A stretch of DNA of 63,745 bases, counting the filler, from Platydemus manokwari (Eukaryota): the NCBI GenBank assembly GCA_037951405.1. It is 5 parts of 5 records of this genome, joined end to end, with 100 filler letters (N's around TTAATTAATTAA, not from the genome) between each part and the next. Parts side by side here need not be neighbours in the genome. Positions count along the whole stretch, not along the records: positions 53,985 to 63,745 come from JBBMOY011208654.1; 4 more parts are not named here. One strand, written 5' to 3'. Positions 57,001 to 63,745 of this stretch are shown piece after piece. Every line of letters starts with the position of its first letter. Positions within the stretch are counted from its first letter, which is position 1. The position numbers were made by a program, and so were the translations under genes. Under the pieces are notes generated by a model, which was not told the DNA's origin, did not search any database, and saw nothing but the letters and a program-made list of their open reading frames with translations.

Positions 57001-57738
57001 GTTAATAACATCAATAATCTTAGCTGTAGGCATGGTTATAGAATTATTTAATTCCAGACATCGGCAGAAGATTACTAATAAAATTTTCCAATATTATTTA
57101 CAGTAATTAACTTCATTGAACGATCAAATGAAATTTTCAATTAAATCAATATATTATTCCAACATCTATGATTCGTGAATAAATTATCAGTTTTTTCCTT
57201 CACACTGAAAATTTTAATAAACGCAAAAGATTTTTCACTGAAATTCGACAGATATCGATATTGTTGAAATTAATCAATGGAATTTATTAAAACAAAAAAT
57301 GAATCAATAAAATCGAATCTGTAATTAAGAAATAATCGATATGTTATTAAATTTTTTTAATATATATACATATTTTTTCATTAAATTGTTCTTCAACTCA
57401 ACTTCTGTTTTTTCCGTATTGACTTTTCGAGATTGATTTCGAGGTGAATTCACCCTCTTTAATATCATACAATATATAAATTAGCTTTCTAATCGATCTG
57501 AAATTTCTTTTAGTAAATCATTAAGAAATTAAGAAAAAATCAATATTTTTATGAGTGCGCAATAGCTATGGTAATATGGAATCAAAATCTAATCACAACA
57601 ACTGCTCATGGCAAAGTGGTGAGTCTTAATAATGTTTACATGAATAATTGTGGATTTGAATTATAATTTGCTGAATTCAAAATTCAATACACATCATTAT
57701 AATTATCTAAGTAAGCGCTAAAGTTTTTGTTATTTTAT

Positions 57739-57760
57739 TGATCGAATCATTGACAATCCC
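57739..57760 (-). other. dispersed 22-nt element, copy 3 (GGGATTGTCAATGATTCGATCA on - strand)
   Basis: Plus strand reads TGATCGAATCATTGACAATCCC. Confidence 0.7.
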
Positions 57761-58571
57761 GGCTGGTTTCCCATACGTTTCAGCACATCGACGAAAGGTG
57801 ACACTAAATTTCATTTGTCAATGTATTTCTTGCTTATTATTTGATTTGATCCCGTGACCACTTCATTAACTCCATTGTTATTCAGCTCTGTAAATTGAGC
57901 AACTGTAATGCTTGTATTTCTATGCTAGACCAGAAAACATTAACATCAACATCATAGTAATCAAAGCAAATCAAAACAAGTATTTAAAGGTAAAATAACT
58001 TCCTAACAATCCTAATTTTTTTCAATATTTTCTCTAACTAAGGATTAAAAAATTCCCGTGATCATATTACCTAAATATGTTTTTATTGCGACCGATTTTT
58101 TGGTCATAAAACCTTTAGAATTTATTGATTAGTTCCATACAAGATGTATTGGTAAAACTCTAAACATAAATTCAAGATCAATTCCACTAAACAGAGACAT
58201 TGATGTCAATCTCTGTTCTTCTCGACATTCACCAATAACAAATCAATCAAAAAAAAATATTTTTCCCCGTTTATATCATTTGATAAAGATAATCGAATTT
58301 ACAAAAAACCATTTTGCTCACATCTATCAAATAACAAAGTTCCCTAACGATTCCATTCATAATTATACTTTACACTACCAGAATGATTTTGTCCTAAATT
58401 AGCTGATGTTGAACGACATATTCAAGATTTTAATTCCCCAGAATTTGCAAAAAGCAAATTATAAATCTTATTGACAGTTGGTTGGTAATGTCAGTTATTA
58501 TATTCAATGAATTAATCTCTGATAATGTTATGCCTATCGATTTTCTTGTAATATATATTGATTATATAATA

Positions 58572-58884
58572 CAGGAGTGCGAAAAATTTTTAAATTGCGC
58601 CCCGATTATTATTATATTAGCTACTGCGCCCATACAATGGGCCCCGTAATAAGATCATAACTCCCATATGAAATACTATTTAGATGAAATAAATGTCTTC
58701 TTCAAGATATAATCAAATTATGCTTTTTAATTAATTAATAATTTTATTCCTCCAATAAATTGCTTTCAACAAACCAGAAATTATAACAACTAAATTTTAT
58801 TTTAGAATTAAAACATTTAGATGATTCCAATATAATGATTCGCGCCCCTCTGAAGGGACGTGCTCTACTGTTTGCGCATCCCTG
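58572..58884. mobile_element. hAT (Charlie-like) MITE
   Basis: Ends caggagtgcgaaaa and (reverse complement) cagggatgcgcaaac; GC-rich gcgcccc subterminal motifs. Confidence 0.55.
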
Positions 58885-61623
58885 CTATACAATATAAAGT
58901 ATAATACTAGATTTTAAAAATAAAATAAAATATTAATATAAATACCTTTCATAACCCCATGTCGGGTCTCTACAGTGATTGTCAGAATTTCAATCTAGAG
59001 ATATAGAACTGAAAAATGTTTCCAAAATATCCATTCGATTAAATACTGTTAAAAGTTTTTCCCAACACTTAATCGAAAGAATCTAAAACTGTGGATTGTT
59101 AAAATATGGCGAAAATCATTGAAAGTTGCACAGAGATTAAAAATGAATTATAAAATATCACTGTTGTCAGGTCAAAGATCGTTATTCCAAATGAGTTACT
59201 AGGCAGTCCATTCAGAGAGGATTGAAAACCATGCTGTGATTTTGACTTTTGATAGTATGTCTAATTAGATTTATAAATAATAATATAATCATAAATAAAA
59301 TTCTGTAATAAAATAAATCTATCCAAATTTCGAGTATGGTGCAAAAATCAATATATTCTTAAAAATTACACTCTATTTTATTCTTTCATGAATTTTTAAA
59401 CAGTGAATTTGATATAACATTTAAAGTTAAAAATAAACATTTCTAAAGAGATAAAAAATCTACTTTCGAATTAAATTGAAAATCAATTCCTTTACTGTTA
59501 TAAAAATATATATATTTAAAACAACATTTTTTTATGATAAATATATTTTCCATAATGTAACATTGCTCTCTTAGAAATATATAAAGTTGGAGTTTCTAGT
59601 TGTTCTTGCATGTACCTCCACGGTGTCTCTTCTTTATCATCTGCCTTCTCTAACCTCATCATTCTGAAATCACGATAAATTTTGTTTGTTCCAACTGCCA
59701 GTATGGTTTACCACATGTTTTTAATAAGTTTATTGATTCTTTTCATAATTATTGGTTTGGGTTTGACATTTTTGATCACGTTATTTCTTCCAATACATCT
59801 TTGCAACCATTGTAATTTCCGGGTTCTTCAAGCTTGCTATATAGCTGCCTGGTGCATGATGCAAATTGTTGCAGTCCAACAGTTTTTGCTGACAAAATCG
59901 TATTCATAATTTTGAATACCTATTTCTTAGCTTGACATAGTCTGTTGTAATATTTTTTATTAATTAAATATTTATTTCAAAACTTATAATTTTGAATTAA
60001 TTTTTATTGCGATTATTTCTGATTTAATTTGTAATAATAAATACCAGATAATCAGAAATATTTTTTGATTGATTTCGGAAAATATCAAGTCAATCCAGTC
60101 AACCTGTTCAGGAAGGCATGAGCTTGAATATTATCAATAAATTTCGTTCTGTCCGTGTGATAAAATTCGATTTTAAATGAAAATCAAATAAAACTGTCAA
60201 AACACAGAACAACAATTTTAATATTTATAAAAAATTAAAATTGTTGTTTTTAAAAAGCTATATTATCATTTATATAATTAATTGTTTGTAAAATTTGTAA
60301 ATCCATATTGCATTGATTTATTAACAATTTTATTAAGAGTACATATTTTTGAATTTTAAGAGCAATTCAATTTATATAATTTGCTTTTAAAATATTTCTT
60401 ACGGACCACCAATTTAAAGCTAAAGGGCAATTAGTTCATCAATTACTGGAGATTAGCAATCTCTGCAATGGATTAATCAATATTTAAACATAATGATAAA
60501 TATTACCGTTAAAACATTGTGTGAAGCAGAAAATCATATTTCTGGTTTTTTGTGAAACCAGAAATGTTTCTCGTGAATTTTAGATGATAATCACAAATGG
60601 AAAGAAAGGGAAAAAATAATTAGAAACTTCTCCAAAAATTAATAATGGTTTATCACGACGATATATTCTAATTATGTAAAAATGATGGGAAAAAATCGTA
60701 TTTTCTCATCGAAAAGAGAGAATTATCACGTACAATTTAGATGATATTATATAAACAGAAAAGGTATTGCGAGATGAGATTTCATGAAATTGTCTTCAAC
60801 TGGGAATATTCAATAAAACGAGAAAGAATTTAAATATTTAAAGCAATTTTTTTCACGGACACCCAGTAATTCTACTAGCGATCGTGGTATTTTCATTCAA
60901 TGAGGTTTGTAAAATAATATTTTCTTTAGATATGGAAATAAACAATAAGAAATTTAATAAAAAGATAAGAAATATACAGGTAGGGAATATGAATTGTGAT
61001 TAATAGGATCACATTAAGAATCCATGGGGCAATATTTATAATTATTTGTCATTGTTAAATTTCGAAATTGCCACAGAAACAGTAATGCATTTCTTGGAAA
61101 TTGAAATCCAATCAAAAAATTCTTGACGATGAGAAATTTGTTTCTAGCAATACAATTAATTTTACAAATAGATTAAATTTAAAAATCTTTCATTCGAAAG
61201 GAATCCTAAAAATATGTTTATTATGATGCTTATTCCCCTTTTAAAAATTCTTAAAAAGGAATATTTGAAGATCAACTAACGAAAATTAATTATCAAATTT
61301 ATATAACAGTACTTCAATTGTTTTTTTATTGTTTTTAAGAACTGCTTTATTCTCACAATTTTAGATGGCCATTTGAGTTCATTATCTGGGGTACTAGCCA
61401 GAGATGGTGTAATAACCACAATATTTATATTCGATATATAATCATATCGATAAGGAAATAAGTGCAAATGCATGTAGAGAAATCGATACATGCAAGGATA
61501 TAACATATAGTATGATAAGAGATATGTATTGATTTACAAAAAAACTTTTAGCCAGAAGAAGCTTTATTAAGGAGACATTGATTAATTTAAAAGATGATAA
61601 ATATTTAATGGAGATTATTAAGC

Positions 61624-61980
61624 TTGGTCGGTTATTATAAAAAACCACAATGTCACATCAATCGATTTGGATACACAGTATCTTATCATGAGAACAAGCA
61701 CATCGGCTATGTCAAAGAATATAGAAAGAAATTTGAACTATTAGACAAACCATTGTATATTCTGTATATTATTCAGAAATCTGACTCAAAACACCTGTCA
61801 CTATCACGTTGGGACTCATGTTTCAAGAATCCCCGTAGACACAAATCTGGACAGGCGAATGCAGACATGATAACCGAAGATTTCAATTCATAAAGTATAC
61901 AACAACATTTACATAGAGATTGATTAATTCCAGCTGACATAAATAAATAACTCCAATTGGAATCCAAAATATCAAAAAGA
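61624..61980 (+). mobile_element. possible non-LTR endonuclease relic
   Basis: MITEDFNS resembles the II.GDFN motif; no other support. Confidence 0.25.
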
Positions 61981-63745
61981 AGTTAAACAAACGCACACAA
62001 ACGTTAGGCGATAAATTTCGCACCAATCACAGTCTAGTGTCAGTACAATCCAATGGTATCAAAGTGTATTTTTAGTATTTGATTTTTTTTTAGTGCTGAG
62101 CAACATTTGTGTTTGAACGGTAAATATGTCTGTCTTGAACTCTTCATTTTATATTCAACAATGTCGATACAGGTGTGAAAGACAATCGCACTTGTCTGAA
62201 TCTCACAAAATACGTTTCAGCTGGATGAGAAGTTAATGGGTCAAAATATACTGTGAAATTGTATGAAAAATAAAATGCATCTACAATGAATTATTAGAAA
62301 CGCAATCTAAAACAAACACAAACAAAGAGACAAAGTTGAGATTAATCAGAACTAGAATCAACACGCAAATTTTCTGAATCGATCGAAACAAATTATAGAA
62401 AATAAAAGTAATACCAATTTCATGGTTGTTTAAAATTCGAGTCACAGGTTTCCAAGGTTATATAATTGTAATATATTTCTAAAATCGGTTACTACTGATT
62501 ACTTTTCTCACAAGACTGATCAATATCAGTTGAATTGTTTTTACATTTTTGAAAACAATTTATTTTTGTTTTAATCGTATGAGATTATAATTATTTATTT
62601 AAAATGTTTATATTATTGTATTTCCTTTCATCGTATACATTTGACGTCAACATATGTGCATGTCTTATTTCCTGAGAGTTGCACTATTTTTTATGGATTT
62701 CTTTTAAAAAAAAGCAAGGTGCAGCATGCACTTACAAAATTTTGAGCATATAAGTTTCTTTTAATTTGTACTAAAAAGGTTTTGAAAAAGGTGCCGAAAA
62801 AAAGAATAAAATCAGACTCGGTATCCTTGAATTTAAATTCTTTCTGATAATATTGGATAAAAATTTTTTAAATTCATCCGAATAACGCAATCAACAGACA
62901 AGAAAAATACGTCAAAGATCAATTTCAATTGATAATTAAACCGAAATTCAGCGGCCTCATAAATATCACACGAAAGTAGTCTCACCCCATTAATAAAACT
63001 GAATCGATTGGGAATATTGAATAAAAATCTTTCGGCAAAACTATAAATCCATAATCGACTTCATTAGTTTTTCTTTTTCATCATGTTCAGCCAACCAAAT
63101 CAATTACTCCTTAATTAACTACCTTTTCATCAACTAGTCGAGTGAGATGACAAAGAATGTCAGCTGTAATTTTTTTTGTACAATACGATTTCAATAAACT
63201 TGGCAGTAAAATGGATTTTTTTGTTAATGACGTTATCAGAGCAATTAGCTTCTTTAAATCTGTATTTATTCTCCGAGGAAATTATAATCTTTTTCTTTAT
63301 CTCTTTCATTTATGCTGAACCTGAATAGCCTATCAAATGGATCACATTTGTTATCTTACAAACTTAAAGATTAAAGGGTAATCTAAGTAGTTGAAAACCC
63401 CCAGGTGCAGGGCTCAAGTTTAGAAAAGAGGCCCTAAAATAAAATTTTGATTTTTCTGAGTGGATTGCAAAAATCTATATAGTTTATTTAATTATATTCT
63501 TTAAAAATATTTTGAATTTTTATTGAAGTATTTAAGAAAAATTTTATTTGTTTGAAATAAAATATTAATTTACATTTGAGCTTAATAATCTCTTAAAATT
63601 TGATTATTTGAAAAAGGGAAAAAAGTAGGTCTAATTGCAATTTATTCAAAATTATCCAGGACCACTTGTTTTGAGAGATGCTATCAATTATTATAATTAT
63701 TTTATAAAAACAACCAATGATATTATTAAACATGTCTGTAATTAA

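Overview
Strongly AT-rich eukaryotic (metazoan, invertebrate-type) genomic DNA with many 40-60 nt GT-AG introns. No rRNA, tRNA or CRISPR was recognised. The window is five segments joined by an artificial 100-nt spacer (44 N + TTAATTAATTAA + 44 N), and genes are cut at these joins. Segment 1 (1-21200): internal part of a spectraplakin gene (dystonin/MACF1/Shot/VAB-10 family): plakin domain with SH3, a 4056-nt plectin-repeat exon, a 297-bp coding tandem repeat, then spectrin repeats. Segment 2 (21301-30395): 3' part of an NSUN7-like gene whose motif-VI Cys is replaced by His, followed by non-coding DNA. Segment 3 (30496-40569): a ZNF341/ZFP64/BCL11-type CCHC zinc-finger exon (-), a Gypsy integrase relic, and four kinase-domain exons of a CDKL2-like gene. 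Segment 4 (40670-53884): a Tigger relic, a secreted F-type lectin exon and Gypsy relics. Segment 5 (53985-end): no recognisable gene, small transposon relics. The main unexplained signal is a dispersed 22-nt element, GGGATTGTCAATGNTTCRRTCA. It occurs three times in full and once partially in otherwise unrelated non-coding DNA, and its variation pattern fits either a conserved RNA hairpin or a small-RNA target site. All calls are from reading the sequence by eye; no searches were run.
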